Part shown: one piece after another, positions 48,835 to 64,000 of the stretch | How the letters are laid out: the number at the start of each line of letters is the position of its first letter | Position numbering within the stretch: the first letter of the stretch is position 1 | Assembly: GCF_000143415.4 (NCBI RefSeq) | Contig: NW_003314274.1 | Span: 624,806-688,805, forward strand | Reading direction: 5' to 3' | DNA length: 64,000 bases | DNA from: Selaginella moellendorffii | Lineage: Eukaryota > Plantae > Lycopodiophyta | Translations under genes and position numbers: made by a program | The notes under the pieces: model-generated | The model's input: the letters and a program-made list of their open reading frames with translations, nothing else | Databases searched by the model: none | Told to the model about the DNA's origin: nothing

Positions 48835-50272
48835 TCACTGTGGGATTTTTCGGAATTCCGCTAGCACGGGGTAGATGTTCTCGAAAGCTTCGTAGATCTC
48901 GTCTCTTACCTGTGGAACTTTTTTCAGTATCAAACAAAGCATGAGAGAGGGATCAAACCTTTGCTCCCGTGAGCACGATTTTGCCAGAGACGAAGATGAG
49001 CAGGACGATCTTAGGCTGCTTCATTCTGTAAATGAGTCCTGGGAAGATCTCCGGCTCGTACTGCGAAACAAATGTCTTAACCAAGAGAAGAAGAAGAACA
49101 GGAGAAATGAGCATAGCTTAACTGTTGAGAAGTGGCCGTGGGAGAAGGCGAGGCCTTCGAGCCGGATTGGAAATCGGACATCGCACGATCCCACGATGTT
49201 CTGAATCTTAAAGTCCTGTACAGGAGAAAGGCTATGGAAGATACACATGATTTTGACAGGCTCTAGTACCTTGAATTGACTGGGAAAGCCAAGCTTTTGG
49301 ATGATCCGAGCGTACTAGACACCATGCACACAAAACTTGCGTAAGTAGCTAAAAGTCATTGATTGCCTCTTTCAAGTAGTCTTTTTTCTCTTAGTTGGTT
49401 GAGAAACCTTTCTAGCCGCAAGCCTGCAATTTTGTTCGCTCTTGGCCCCAGTGCACACCTAGGTAGAGAACAAACAAGAAAAAAAAAAATTCTTACTGAA
49501 TTAGCACTTAGTCGTCGAGGTCACGAATAAAAATCTCACCATCTTTCCGGACGCAAAGATGAGAGCCGTGGTTTTGGGTTCTCTTATACGCATGATCACA
49601 GCAGCAAAACGCTGGATAAGAGAAGAGAGAGACAAGTCATAAAACACAAGAGAAAAAAAAAGAACACAAACAAACCTTGGGATTGTACTCGGCATTCCTT
49701 GCATGCAGCGCGATCGTCTTTAGCTCGAGCTTGCAATCCATGTTCACAGTCGCGACTATGTTCCTGGATGGCGGAATCATAAAAGAAAAGAGGATAAAAT
49801 AAATCCGCCAGGAAAGTCTAGAGTTCCATTTTTCCAACAAGAAGATATCACTCAACTGGAGCGTGGGAACGATCCCTGACGGATGCTTGCTCAAGTCAAC
49901 AGCCACGCCGCCTTGGAATCCCAATCGCGAGAAGCCCTCCTTGCTCGAAGGCGATGGATTGTTCTCCAGTTCTTGATGAATTTGTTGCTGCGGCTGGTGC
50001 GGATAAGCCACATTCTGGCGCTGCCACGCGAAGTACTGCTGCAGCTGACTGGGATCCAGATTCGCGATCGCTGGAGCCGCGGCATACTGACCCTGGAAGA
50101 AATTTTGCTGCGCGAAGAAATCTTGCTGAGCAGCAAGATCTTGCTGCTGCTGCTGGTGTTGGAGGCGCCGATCGATCAAGGGCTGCGGCAGCGCCGGATC
50201 GCCGTGAAGAATGTGCTCCTCGGGGACGAAATCTTGGCTTTTCCCGGCGCCCGCCTCTTCACATCCCTCCAT
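48835..50272 (-). CDS. TBP: TATA-box-binding protein with a long Gln-rich N-terminus, multi-exon
   Basis: [15 protein letters not shown]|[29 protein letters not shown]|[24 protein letters not shown]...[19 protein letters not shown]...[16 protein letters not shown]. Confidence 0.96.
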
Positions 50273-50577
50273 TCCAAAACAATGGACCGCTCTTCGCGAG
50301 CCCTATTAATACGTATACGTTTGGCATGAAGGAGGGACACGTGGAAGAATCTCAAAGAAACAAGCCAAGAGCTTTCCTTTTTTCTCCATTGACATTGATG
50401 AAAGAGCACAAAAAATCCCTCCTTGTTATCAAACTAATCTTTTGGCTCTATTGTTTTATACATTTACACGAGATGTTACTGCAAAAGGCCGCCCGAGAAG
50501 AAAGAGAAGAAGAGATCCAAGCGAGAGAGAGAGAGAGAGAGAGAGCGAGAGGAGAGAAAAAAAAAAACTGGAAGAAC

Positions 50578-53019
<2,442 letters not shown>

Positions 53020-53362
53020 CGCGCTCTCTGTCGAAATGCTGCGAGACCTAAGCGCATGCCTTTTTAACTCCTCTGGTGCTAGCTGAAAGCTCTAGAAAGA
53101 ACTAGGGCAGATGCAAGCAAGCGAATGGGAGCACGACACGTGTAAAACGCCCCAATGAGAATAAACCAGGTCATCCAGCCAATCAGAAGGCGTGGCCACT
53201 CTACAATGAAGTGGCTCGGCCAATCAGAGCCCGGCATTTTGTTGGTTGTTTTATTGCCGCCAGATCGCGTGGGCGTGGACAAATCGAGGCCGTTTGTTTT
53301 AAATGCCAGGTGAAAAGAAACTTAAAAGAGTGCCCTAGCTTGGACGCTGGACGGAGCTCGCC
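53020..53362. promoter_or_regulatory. Bidirectional promoter shared by BiP and GRP94
   Basis: 343 nt between divergent ATGs; G-box GACACGTG (about 53135), three CCAAT boxes (about 53152, 53179, 53220) and GCGTGG/TGAAGTGG motifs resembling unfolded-protein-response (UPR) elements. Confidence 0.75.
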
Positions 53363-56300
53363 ATGGCGCGATCGGCAGCGGTGGTTGCCCTGTTCTTCCT
53401 GATCGCTCTCACGGCCTTCCCGGATCAAGGTAATCGATATTCACGGATCTCCGTGGGGGCATTGGATTGATCTAAGAATCGAGTGATTTTTGCTCTGCTT
53501 AGGCCCGATCAGGTCTAAGGTCCACGCAGAAGATACCGGAGTTACCGAAGAGAATGCCAGTCCTCCGAAAATCGAAGAACCGATCGGTGGCGCGATTCCT
53601 GACGCCTTGTCTACTGATTCCCAGGTTGTCGAGAGGTAATGTACATCATTACTTTGCTGGAACTTTTTTGTTTCTCTTCTTTTTCCGGGGCAATTCTAAG
53701 TGTGTGGACATTTTCTACTCAGGGAGTCCGAGTCCGTGGGCCAAAAGACTTTGCGAGCCCATGCACAGAGATTTACGTTCCAGGCTGAAGTTTCGAGGTT
53801 GATGGACATTATTGTCAACTCTCTATATAGCAACAAGGATATCTTCCTTCGAGAGCTTATTTCGAACGCCTCTGACGTGAGTGAGATGGTTGATTTGGTG
53901 TTCGCCGTTTGAGCCCCTCTTCTTCTTGTTCTTTTTTCTCACAGGCATTGGACAAAATTCGGTTTCTGTCTCTTACCGACAAGTCTCAGCTCGGCGAAGG
54001 TGACGAGTCCAAACTGGAAATCAGGGTCGGTACTTCATCCATTTCAGTCGCTAATAGTCGTCCAAGTTCTTACATTCTATATACCAGATTAAACTGGACA
54101 AAGAGAAGAAGCTTCTTTCTATTCGCGATCGTGGCATCGGGATGACTAAGGACGAGTTGATAAAGAACCTTGGAACAATCGCGAAGTCTGGAACCTCAGG
54201 TGCTTTCTTTGACTCCTTTGAATTTTGTTGAACAACTTTGATGTTTCTTTTGTAGCATTTTTCGAAAAGATGCAGTCAGGAGGTGACTTAAATTTGATTG
54301 GCCAGTTTGGAGTCGGTTTCTACTCGGTGTATTTGGTCGCGGATTACGTCGAGGTCATCAGTAAAAATAACGAAGACAAGCAGTATGGCTTTCAGCTTTT
54401 CTGTTTAACTAGGCTTTGGAAGCTGACATACATTTCTTAGGTACATTTGGGAATCTACAGCTGATGGAGCTTTTGCCGTTAGCGAGGATGAAGAAAATGA
54501 GCCGTTAGGACGCGGGACTGAAATTAAATTGCACCTGAAAGATGATGCTGCGGATTATTTGGAAGAGTCGAAACTGAAAGTACGTTCCATTGTTTTGCCT
54601 TTTGATTTTGTGAAATAACTTTTTGTTTTTCTTTTGGCAACGCAGGAGCTAGTTCAAAAGTACTCAGAATTCATGAACTTTCCGATATACCTTTGGAATT
54701 CTACGGAAGTTGAGGTTGAAGTTCCTGTAGACGAAGAGACTGAAGAGACTGTTGAAGAGGAAGACGACAAACCAGAAGACAAACCAGGTTTGCTTTCAAA
54801 GACAAGGAATGCTGTTTTAATTTTTGCTCTTTTAACTTGCAGAAGAAAGTGAAACAGAAGAGGAGACTGAAAGTAAGAGGTTTTCTTTCTATAAACTTTG
54901 GTTTACAGTATTTATCTTGTTTAGAGCCGAAAACGAAGAAAGTCAAAGAAATCAAGTGGGACTGGGAGCTACTAAATGACGTCAAAGCTATCTGGCTAAG
55001 GAGTCCAAAGGATGTTACCGAGGATGAGTACTCGAAGTTTTATCATTCGATCTCTAAGGTGAGCTGATGTGATTGGCAAATGTTGTCAATTTTACGTGCA
55101 TTGTTCAGGATTATAACCCCGACAAGCCAATGTCCTGGAGTCATTTCTCTGCGGAAGGAGATGTCGAGTTCAAGGCTGTGTTGTTCATTCCTCCGAAGGC
55201 TCCGCATGATCTTTACGAGAATTACTACAACAGCAAAACATCATTGAAGCTCTACGTTCGGCGAGTGTTCGTATCCGACGAGTTCGACGAACTTTTGCCT
55301 AAGTACCTCAGCTTCTTGAAGGTTGGTCGTGTGCAGTATTCGCGTCAGTCTATTTAATGCTTGGGTTTTTCACAGGGCCTGGTCGATTCTGATACACTGC
55401 CAATTAACGTTTCTCGAGAAATGCTGCAGCAGCACAGCAGCTTGAGAACCATCAAGAAGAAACTTGTTCGCAAGGCGCTCGATATGATTCGTAGCATAGT
55501 TAACGCTGACCCGGACGAGGCCAATCCTGATGCCAAAGCGGAGGATGCCAAAGCTGAGAATGCTGAAGGTTGGTACATGTACATATTGGTCGTTAACGTT
55601 AAGTTGTTTACCTTTCAGACGTAAAATCTGACGAGAAGAAGGAAGAAAAATCCGACGAGAAGAAGGAAGAAAACAAAGGAAAATACGTCAAGTTCTGGAA
55701 CGAGTTCGGCAAGTCGATTAAACTTGGCATCGTTGAAGACGCAACTAACAGAGTGCGTCTTGCGAAACTCCTGCGATTCTACAGGTAAGATAGTCAAGAA
55801 AATTGTAGCAGCTCTGATTGTTATTCTAAATTCTCACAGCTCTAATTCGGACGACAAGCTCTCCTCACTTGAACAGTATGTTAGCCGGATGAAGCCCGGG
55901 CAGAAGGACATCTATTTCATCACTGGCCAAGACCGTGAGCAACTCAAGAAGTCTCCGTTTCTGGAGAGGCTCCAGAAAGAAGGCTATGAGGTACTTTTTT
56001 CCTTTGGGATAATAATCCGAGGTGACTAATGCCTTGGTTCATGCGCAGGTTATTTTCTTCACGGACCCAGTCGATGAGTATTTGACTCAGTACCTGACCG
56101 AGTTCGATGACAAGAAGCTCGTCAACATCTCCAAGGAAGGATTGAAGCTTGGACAGAAGGACAAGGAGAAGGCCAAGGAATTGAAGCAGTCGTTCAAGCC
56201 TCTGCTGGCATGGTGGAAAGACGTTCTTAAGCCCGAGGGTGTGGACAGCGTGAAAATCAGTAACCGTCTTGCCGACACTCCCGCCGTGGTTGTGACATCC

Positions 56301-56920
56301 ACTTATGGCTGGAGCGCCAACATGGAGAGGATAATGCGAGCGCAAACCTTGACCGACAACTCCAGACAGAACTACATGCGCGGAAAGAGAGTGCTGGAGA
56401 TCAATCCCCGTCACCCCATCATCAAGGAGTTGCGTGGGAAAGTGGACGAACAGCCAGAGGTTCGTCTAGTTTGCATTACAAGATCTAAGTTCTCATCTCA
56501 TTGTTTTCTACAGGATGAGAGCACAAAGGCGACTGGAAAGCTCATCTACAAGACGGCTTTGATTGACAGTGGTTTCCTGGTTGACGACTCGAAGGAGTTT
56601 GCGTCCCAGATCTACTCGATCATCAAGAGCAACCTCAACATCAGCCCCGACGCACAATTCGACGAGGAGATCGAGACGGTCATCGAAGACAAGGTATGAA
56701 GCTTATGACAAGGCTAGGGATATGGATCTTACTGTTGTTGTCTTCACAGGAGAGCGTCGAGGAGAACGAAGATGCTGAGCCAGGCTCCGAGGGTTCCGAG
56801 GGCTCCGAGCCAGATTCGCCCTTTGGCGAGGATGGATTGCCGAGAGGCCAGTCCATGGGGAGTACTCTTAGGTCCGAAAACTATGAGCCAGACGACGAAG
56901 ACGAGAAGGATGAACTATGA
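53363..56920 (+). CDS. HSP90-7: Endoplasmin GRP94 / HSP90-7 (SHEPHERD homolog)
   Basis: Signal peptide; [33 protein letters not shown]; [10 protein letters not shown]; LKLYVRRVF; [10 protein letters not shown]; C-terminal KDEL. Confidence 0.98.
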
Positions 56921-57049
56921 CGAGATAGCCTCTAGACATTTTGTACACTTGGCGCGCTCCCAAGAACCCTAATTTCTGTATGTTTGAAAAAACGAATATT
57001 TTGTGTTAACTAACCTGTGCTTAAAAGGTTTCAATCATAACCCAAGGCT

Positions 57050-59581
57050 ATGGATGGCCTGGAACAAGCGTTTGAATGGATCCAGGCCAAGGGCGCGCGG
57101 GCCACGCGCGCCGACTATGCCTCGCTGCTCAAGCGCTGTGGCGTCGCTAGGGTTCTAGATTTCGCCAGGCGCGCCTACGAATCCATGGCGCGCAGCCGGC
57201 ACCACGACGAGCTCTCCCTCCGCAATCTCTCCATCGAGATGTTTGGCAAGTGCGGGGACATCGAGGTGGCCAGGGAGATTTTCCACGGCCTGTGGCGCCC
57301 AAATCTCTTCTCCTGGACGATGATCCTGGCGGCCTGCGCTCGCAATGGCCGGAATCTCGAGGCGCTGCTGCTCGTCCGCCGGATGATTGGCGAGGGAGCG
57401 CGACCGGATGTGGTGTGCTTCGTGACGATCCTGGATTTGTGCGCGGCCACGGCGGATTTGGAGCAAGGTAAGGTCGCTCACGCCTGGATTCTTGCCTGTG
57501 GTGTGGAGTCGTCTAGTAGGGTTCTTGGCAATGCGCTGATCAATATGTATGGTAAATGCAGGAATCTGGATCTCGCTAGAGCGCAGTTTGATCGGATGGA
57601 GCACCAAGATCACGGGAGAGATGTTGTGACTTGGAACTCGCTGCTTGCGGCATTTACCCACAATGGGTATTTGGAGGAGGCTGCTCGGTTGTTCCAAGAG
57701 ATGGAAGTCGAAGGGATCAAGCCCAGCAGCGTGACTCTCACATGTGTTCTTGAGTCTTGTAGCGGCGATCGCCAAGGTAAGCTCTTTCACGATCGAGTTC
57801 TCGATCTCGGACTCCAAGGGGACGAGTTTCTCATGAATTCTCTCGTGAAGATGTATGCCAGGTGTGGGAGACTGGAAGAGAGCAGGCTGGTTTTCCGAGC
57901 GATCGATCAAAAGGATATCATTTCCTGGAACGTGATGATCTCGCTGGAAGCTCGGCTGGGAAGCAGCGAAGAGGCGGTTGAGCTGCTGCGAGAGATTGAT
58001 CTGGAGGGATTTCCAGAGCCGGACGAGGTAACTTTTATCAGCGTTGTCGACGCTTGCTCTTGCCTGGGAGACTTAGATCTGTGCTTCACCATCCAGGAGC
58101 TCGTTTCCAGCGCTGGCTTTGACGACGATCTCCTCCTTGGCAACGCTGTTGTCAACATGTTTGGGAAGTCCGGCTGCTTGGATGCTGCTCGAGCAACTTT
58201 TGATCGATTGCCAGTCAAGAATGTGGTCTCCTGGAACTGCTTGATCTCGGGTTACGCGCAGAACCTCCAGGGAAGAAGATGTCTGGAGCTTTTCAGGCAG
58301 ATGGATCAAGAGGGTGTCAAAGCCAACTCGGTCACCTTTGTCAGCCTTCTCGACGCGTGCTCTACAATCCCAGCTCTTGACTTTGGACGAGAACTCCATC
58401 TCCGGATCACTGCTGCCGGATTGGAACTACACACGGTGGTGGCGACTGCGCTGATCAACATGTATGGCAAGTGCGAGGAGCTCCAATTCGCACAAGAACT
58501 ACTCGAGAGATACCAGTCGACGGGACTAGTGGCTTGCAACGTCATGATCTCGGCGTATGCCCAAGTTGGGCATAGCGAGAGAGCTATGAAGTTTCTCCAT
58601 GGAATGGATCTCGCGGGTGTCAAGGCCGACGTTGTGACTTACATTGGAGCGCTCGAGGCGTGCGCTTGCTCCAAGGATTTTTCCAAAGGTCAGGCTGTCT
58701 ACGATCGGGTTGTGAGCACCGGCTGGATCTCGCAGCTCGTCATTGCAAACTCGGTGATCAACATGCTGGGAAAGAGTGGACGGGTTTTGGAAGCCGCCAT
58801 CGTCTTCGATCGGATGGAAAAGAGAGACAGCGTCTCGTGGAACGCGATCGCTGCTGCATATGCCCAGAACGGGCATCCGCTGGAAGCGCTGGAATTGTTC
58901 TGGAGAATGCAGCAGCAGGGTGTTCGAGCACAGGAGGCAACGTTTGTGACGATCTTAGATGCTTGCGGCGATTCCAGCTCGTTGCTCGCCCATGGTCGAT
59001 CGATCGCGAAGCTGAGTTCTTGGACGTCCGACGCGATCAAAGGGGCGCTGCTGGGAATGTACTCCAAGTGTGGCTGCGTGGACGACGCGCTGGCAGCGCT
59101 CCAGAGCTTGTCCTCGCGGGGGCTGCTGGCGTGGACGTCCATGCTGGCGGCCTACGCCCACGTCGGACGCGCCAGCGAGGCACTGCGTGTGCTCGGGCAA
59201 ATGCAGCACGATGGGGTGGTGCCCGACGACGTGGCATTTTCTGCCGTGGTGTTTGCATGCAGCCACGCTGGACTCCTCCACGAGGCGCTCGTACGGCTGG
59301 CGTGGGTGTACGGGGATTACGGTACGGCCATGGGCGCTGGGCTGTACGAATGCGTTGTGGACGTGCTTGGACGGATGGGCCGGCTCCAGGAGGCCGAGGA
59401 GCTCATGCACGCGATGCCGTACGAGCCCGATAGTTTGGCCTGGATGGCGCTTTTGGGCGCGTGTACAGTCCACGGTGATCTGGAAAGGGGGGCTCGTACG
59501 GCGGGACACGAGGCATTGTTGGATTCGGGCAGTGGGCGATATGTCTTGCTATCCAATATGTACGCCTCATGGGAGGATTGA
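57050..59581 (+). CDS. PLS-E class PPR protein (organellar RNA-editing factor type)
   Basis: P-L-S triplets (VTWNSLLAAF, NALINMYGKC); E domain VVDVLGRMGRL..MPYEPDSLAWMALLGAC..YVLLSNMYA; no DYW. Confidence 0.94.
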   Translation: MDGLEQAFEWIQAKGARATRADYASLLKRCGVARVLDFARRAYESMARSRHHDELSLRNLSIEMFGKCGDIEVAREIFHGLWRPNLFSWTMILAACARNGRNLEALLLVRRMIGEGARPDVVCFVTILDLCAATADLEQGKVAHAWILACGVESSSRVLGNALINMYGKCRNLDLARAQFDRMEHQDHGRDVVTWNSLLAAFTHNGYLEEAARLFQEMEVEGIKPSSVTLTCVLESCSGDRQGKLFHDRVLDLGLQGDEFLMNSLVKMYARCGRLEESRLVFRAIDQKDIISWNVMISLEARLGSSEEAVELLREIDLEGFPEPDEVTFISVVDACSCLGDLDLCFTIQELVSSAGFDDDLLLGNAVVNMFGKSGCLDAARATFDRLPVKNVVSWNCLISGYAQNLQGRRCLELFRQMDQEGVKANSVTFVSLLDACSTIPALDFGRELHLRITAAGLELHTVVATALINMYGKCEELQFAQELLERYQSTGLVACNVMISAYAQVGHSERAMKFLHGMDLAGVKADVVTYIGALEACACSKDFSKGQAVYDRVVSTGWISQLVIANSVINMLGKSGRVLEAAIVFDRMEKRDSVSWNAIAAAYAQNGHPLEALELFWRMQQQGVRAQEATFVTILDACGDSSSLLAHGRSIAKLSSWTSDAIKGALLGMYSKCGCVDDALAALQSLSSRGLLAWTSMLAAYAHVGRASEALRVLGQMQHDGVVPDDVAFSAVVFACSHAGLLHEALVRLAWVYGDYGTAMGAGLYECVVDVLGRMGRLQEAEELMHAMPYEPDSLAWMALLGACTVHGDLERGARTAGHEALLDSGSGRYVLLSNMYASWED

Positions 59582-59948
59582 ACGGCCGGGATCTCCGGGA
59601 ATGGACGGTGATCTCTGACGCTGTTGGAGTAGGAATATCTTGGGGAGATTTTTTCCGATGTGGATAAACTCTGTAGCACAGCTGTGAACAATATTCGCGA
59701 TACTTTTTTGCCCCTTGCTTACGTGTCGTAACGTTACACGCTGCTGTCACGAGTTTGACCTGTTTAACCACGTGGTAAAAAAGTGTTGTGGCTTTGGTTT
59801 GGTGGCACTAGCTACTAGCGAGCAACGCTAGCATGGGACGAGCAGCTAGGGTTCTTCGAGGAGGAGGGAGTGCAATGCTGGGTTTGTCGATCGACATAGC
59901 CAGCTGCGAGCTGTGATCTTGAGCGGCACATTCGCCATTCGTCTTTCC

Positions 59949-61276
59949 ATGGGACTGGAGCTGTGGCGCCTTCGTCTATCGGTGGATTCGGCATCCAGAT
60001 TGTGGCTGGCGCCACCGGGGAATCAAAATTTCGAGCTCAGGCACGGGGATTACGATCCTTGGAGGCGATGTGGAAGAAATTCCAGGCGATTTATTTGCTG
60101 CCGAGCGAGGAAGAGTCAATTCGAGGGTGGCAGCAAGGATTTGCGAGGCGGCGGCATCGAAATCCCGAGTTCTCTCCAGATTCTCAAGAGGAGAAACCGA
60201 CAAAAGAGCCAGATACCTGGTCCCGGGGAGCTCGATGGCGGTAATCTGGTGTCGAGCTCGATCAAGAAGGCGTTTTCATCCATGGTCTTCATGCTCAAAT
60301 CGATGCACCGGTTCACTCTGGAGATGCTGTGCTGCGATGAGAATTCCGTGCTCAACGAAGTGTGGAGCTTGGTCCAGCGAGAGATGCACTCCTCGTTCCT
60401 GTGGCTGTTCCAGCAGGTATTTTCCTCCACACCAAAGCTCATGGTCTCGATCATGATCCTCCTCGCGAACTTCACAGTCTACTCCATGGACAGCTCCATC
60501 GCAATTCACTCACCAATTGTGCCAAGCACAGCGCTGGATCGTCCAGCCGCTCCAGCAGCAACAGTGATGTGGAGCTCTCCAGCTACAGAAGTTCCGGGGT
60601 ATCTAAACTTTTTTGACGAGGCTGCGATCGAGAGTAGCGGAGGATCAAAAGATGGCGGAGGAAAGCCTAGAACTCTTATAGCCGGGGGAACTGATGGGGG
60701 GGATGAGTTTCCTCTCTTCCGGCGGGGGAGAACCACGATGATGAGAGACGATCAACTGGCAGCACCAGGGAATCTTAGCAGGAACCAGCAGCTAGCAGTG
60801 ATGAAATTCCTCCAGCAAGTTCCAGTTCCAGCGAAAGTTACCAAGGAATCGCTGGTTGCTCCAGTGAGCGCAAAGCTGGAGCCCGACAACTACGAGTGCT
60901 TCGACCGGACGGACCTTCTCTACCAGCAGGCATTGGGCGAGGACCGAAAGAATCCACTGATTCTAGCCAACTACGCGCAGTTCTTGTACGTTGTTCGCCA
61001 CGATCACGACAGGTACGTGAGAGTTCTTAGTTCGATCGAGATGGTGAATGAAAGTTTTTGGATTGAATTGGCAGAGCTGAGACGCTGTTTCGATTGGCGA
61101 TGGAGGCCGATCCCTCCGACGGTGAATCGCTCAGCCGATTCGCGAGCTTCTTGTGGCTCGCTCGAGGCGACAAACAGGGCGCGGAGGATGCGTACAAAAA
61201 TGCCATCGCGTCCGACCCCGCGAATCCATTCCACTTTGGAAGCTACGCACACTTCCTGTGGCACAGTGAGAGCTGA
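59949..61276 (+). CDS. Plant TPR-like superfamily protein; intron at about 61013-61075
   Basis: SSIKKAFSSMVF..QREMHSSFLWLFQQVFSSTPKLMVSIMILLANFTVYSM; YECFDRTDLLYQQAL..NPLILANYAQFLY; second exon ends YAHFLWHSES*. Start codon uncertain. Confidence 0.85.
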
Positions 61277-61696
61277 TGTGCCATGATAATGTTGATATAT
61301 ACACCGTTGATCTCGTGAAAGTGTTCTTGATCCGACGGCTAGGATAGAGCTGGGTGCTCATAAAGCTCGCAAGTCAAATCTTTGCCCCGGCGAGAAAATG
61401 AGGGTTTTTCGGCGCCGTGGGGAGAATCGCGCGGTGGAATTCGATGCCGCGATCAGGTACCTAGCAGATCGTTTCTCGCCTGCGCTGCGGCGAGGTCTCG
61501 TGGATCTGGCGATTGTTTAGGGCGGAATTTCGGTCCAGGAGCTGGATTCTGGTAGCTTCTGGTTCTAGAGTGGCAGGGAATGGATTTGGGAAGCTACATT
61601 GAGGTGGCTTTGGGATGGAAATTTTGCGGCGTAAGAGCTCCCGGCGGCTGGATTATTTCTCGCGTATGAACATGACAGAAGGTCGTGGCCGTCACA

Positions 61697-64000
61697 ATGG
61701 AGCTCACTCCACTAAAATTCTTGCTGCTGTTCTTGCTACTGGCTGTCGTGGGCTACGTTGTTTTCACGTAAGTCACAAGGAAGATTTCATTCTTATTATT
61801 CACTTTTCTCTGTTCAAATTTATCATCAGTTGCACAGCACGTCTTGTTGCATGGGTGGTGAGCAGAATGATCGGTGGCACTGTACGATTCCGCATTGCTG
61901 GAATAAATGGGATCAAAGAAATCTCCATCGATCTTCATAAGGTGATGTTTGCGACTTGTCCCGCGTAGATTGCTCTAAGCGATGAACTTGCAGGGACCGG
62001 TGGCTTATCTCACTGTCAGCGAGCTCAAAGTTTCTGTGAAAAAGCCTCCGGGCACAACTGGCTGGAACATCCTATCTTGGAGCTCCAAACTCCAGTTGAT
62101 CATTTCTGACGTTGAGGTGGTACTCAGAAAACACAAAAGTTCCCGACCGCGAGGAAAGAAAAGACACAGGCACAATTCTACTGGTCGCGGAATATGGATG
62201 GTGGTGACCAACGTTGCCAAGTACCTCAGCGTCTCAGTGAATGAGATAGCGGTCAAAACTGTGGAGGTAGTCGTTGAGTTTTTTCTTCTATCAAACTGGG
62301 TTTCGCTGTTTTGCAGACCGCGACGATAACGCTGGATGTTAAAGAGCTGGAAGTGGATACTTTCCGGGACGATGCTGCTGTTTTTTCTCTCGGAGTGAAA
62401 TTTTATCTTGCACCAATCGTTTTATATCTCGGTGAAGATAAGCGATTGACAGATGCTCCTGGGATTTTTCGACCACTGAGAAAGATTGAAGCCAACGGAG
62501 ACTTTTATTTCTCGCTGGAGCATCTCTCGGTGTCAGGAATTATAGATCACGACAGGTAATCTTGATAATTGAGTTTGTAAAATCTAAAAAAGAGTAACTT
62601 TGCATCGATGGCAGAGAAGCAGGGATGGTGATCAAACAGTTGGAGGCAGGATGCGGTGAGGCTATACTTAACATAAGTGCCGAGTCGATGCCTCGAGGCC
62701 CTCTGGAAACTGTGTCGGATACAGATCCTCAGGAGATTCCTCATATAGAAAATCACGAGTCTCGAGAAATACACCCCGAGTACGAAGCAAGAATTTTGGC
62801 AAGAAAGGTCCCGGAGGCGGTGAGCTCATTCATACCCTTCTGTGTTCCATACTAACGTTGACGCTTATCCTAGATCAACTTCAGTTTGCCCAAGTTCACT
62901 ATCGAAGCGAAAACTTCCTCCGAATTAGCTTCATTTAAGAACGAGATTAAGGGTATTTTTCTGCATGGAAGCAGATCCAGCCCACTCGATAACGTGGGCG
63001 TTATTTCGTTGCTTGACATTGAAGTAGACTTGGGCGAGATTCATGTAAGCATTTCATTTGATGGTTTATTGTACTTCATATCTCGTCTTACACAGGTTTT
63101 TCAAGATGAAGAAAGTTCCGTGCTCGATATCATGAAGGTCTCTGTCAATGTTTCTGTGGAATTCCCTACGCAGGTAACAAGTTGATTGTTATCTTACTTT
63201 CGACCTTCCTTGAGTTCTACTTTTCCAGTTGGTTCGGCCATTGCGAGTGGAAGTAGATGTGAAGCTGGGAGGGACGCAGGTCAACTTACATATGAGCAGA
63301 TACGACGAGTTTATGCAGCTTAAGTCGTTTCGTCCTGTAAAGAAGAAGAGAAGGAGCTCCTCGACTGCGCCGACTCGGAAAATGAGCATATCATGGAGCT
63401 GTAGCATTTCAGCTCCTGAGATGGCGATTTTCTTTTATAGCCTCGAGCGATGGGCCTTTATGCACGTAAGTACGTTTTCTTTCAAAGATGGAATTGCAAC
63501 TGCTTAACTTTCTGTAACAGGTTTTTTCTCAAACTTCTCATCTGTACATCAACATCATACCAAGTCACGGTGTTGTTGTTCACGCTGAGCTGGGCGAGCT
63601 TTACCTCAACAGGATTGAAAAAGGGATGAGAGTTCCGACGGAGTTTCTGGTTGGTGTCGAAGGCGGTTCTGGCTGCGTTCTGCATTTATCCCGCATAGCC
63701 GTTGACAGTGGTGTAGAAGGAGCAGGGGAAACTCCGGCAGTGACGGTTGAAGCAGGTGCGACCGAGGTGTATATTGGTATGCTCAACATCAAAGCTGCTT
63801 TATTCGCTCTCGCTTCGATTAAATCTTGCCTAAAGGACAGGAGGACTGGAACTACCAAAGAAAAGGAACGTCATAAACGGGGTACTACAATTAAACTCCA
63901 GCTTGAGCAGCTAGTTTTTCATCTTGAAGAGCAGATGCACGTTGAGGACTCGACTGTTTCTGATCCGAAGAAAGTCAACTTTGGTAGCCAGGGGGGGATA
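61697..64000 (+). CDS. SAB: SABRE/KINKY POLLEN-like bridge-like lipid transfer protein (BLTP2/FMP27 family), 5' part only
   Basis: MELTPLKFLLLFLLLAVVGYVVFT..AWVVSRMIGGTVRFRIAG; KLQLIISDVEVVLR; GRGIWMVVTNVAKYLSVSV; PLRVEVDVKLGGTQ; SDPKKVNFGSQGG. Confidence 0.88.

Noticed and set aside
53020-53362. Canonical ERSE or ERSE-II elements
   Set aside because: No exact CCAAT-N9-CCACG or ATTGG-N-CCACG on either strand; reported only as UPR-like motifs.

Overview
Land-plant nuclear DNA. Very short introns and intergenic gaps, SS-motif PPR genes, an intronless CYP74 and a Tcn1-like chromovirus all suggest the lycophyte Selaginella, but this is an inference. There are two gene-dense blocks separated by a nested transposon island. 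The left block (1-10 kb) holds RWA O-acetyltransferase, H2A.X, GET4, a small coiled-coil gene, Rsm22/METTL17, a 75-aa membrane microprotein and a JAGGED-like zinc finger. The AT-rich island (about 10-38 kb) holds two decayed Ty3/Gypsy chromoviruses, two solo LTRs, TRIMs, relics and a 100-N gap. The right block (39-64 kb) holds acetylornithine deacetylase, an intronless Fic-domain gene, PC4/KIWI, a GT90 glycosyltransferase, two PPR genes, CYP74, TBP, head-to-head BiP and GRP94, a TPR protein and the start of SABRE. Top candidates: (1) a plant Fic AMP-transferase with an intact catalytic motif and a putative autoinhibitory Glu, 95 nt downstream of KIWI and about 8 kb from a divergent BiP/GRP94 pair; (2) a chromovirus with a Tf1-type self-priming site and a GGGAAAC -1 frameshift signal; (3) a patchwork of retroelement pieces inserted into that chromovirus without a target-site duplication (TSD).
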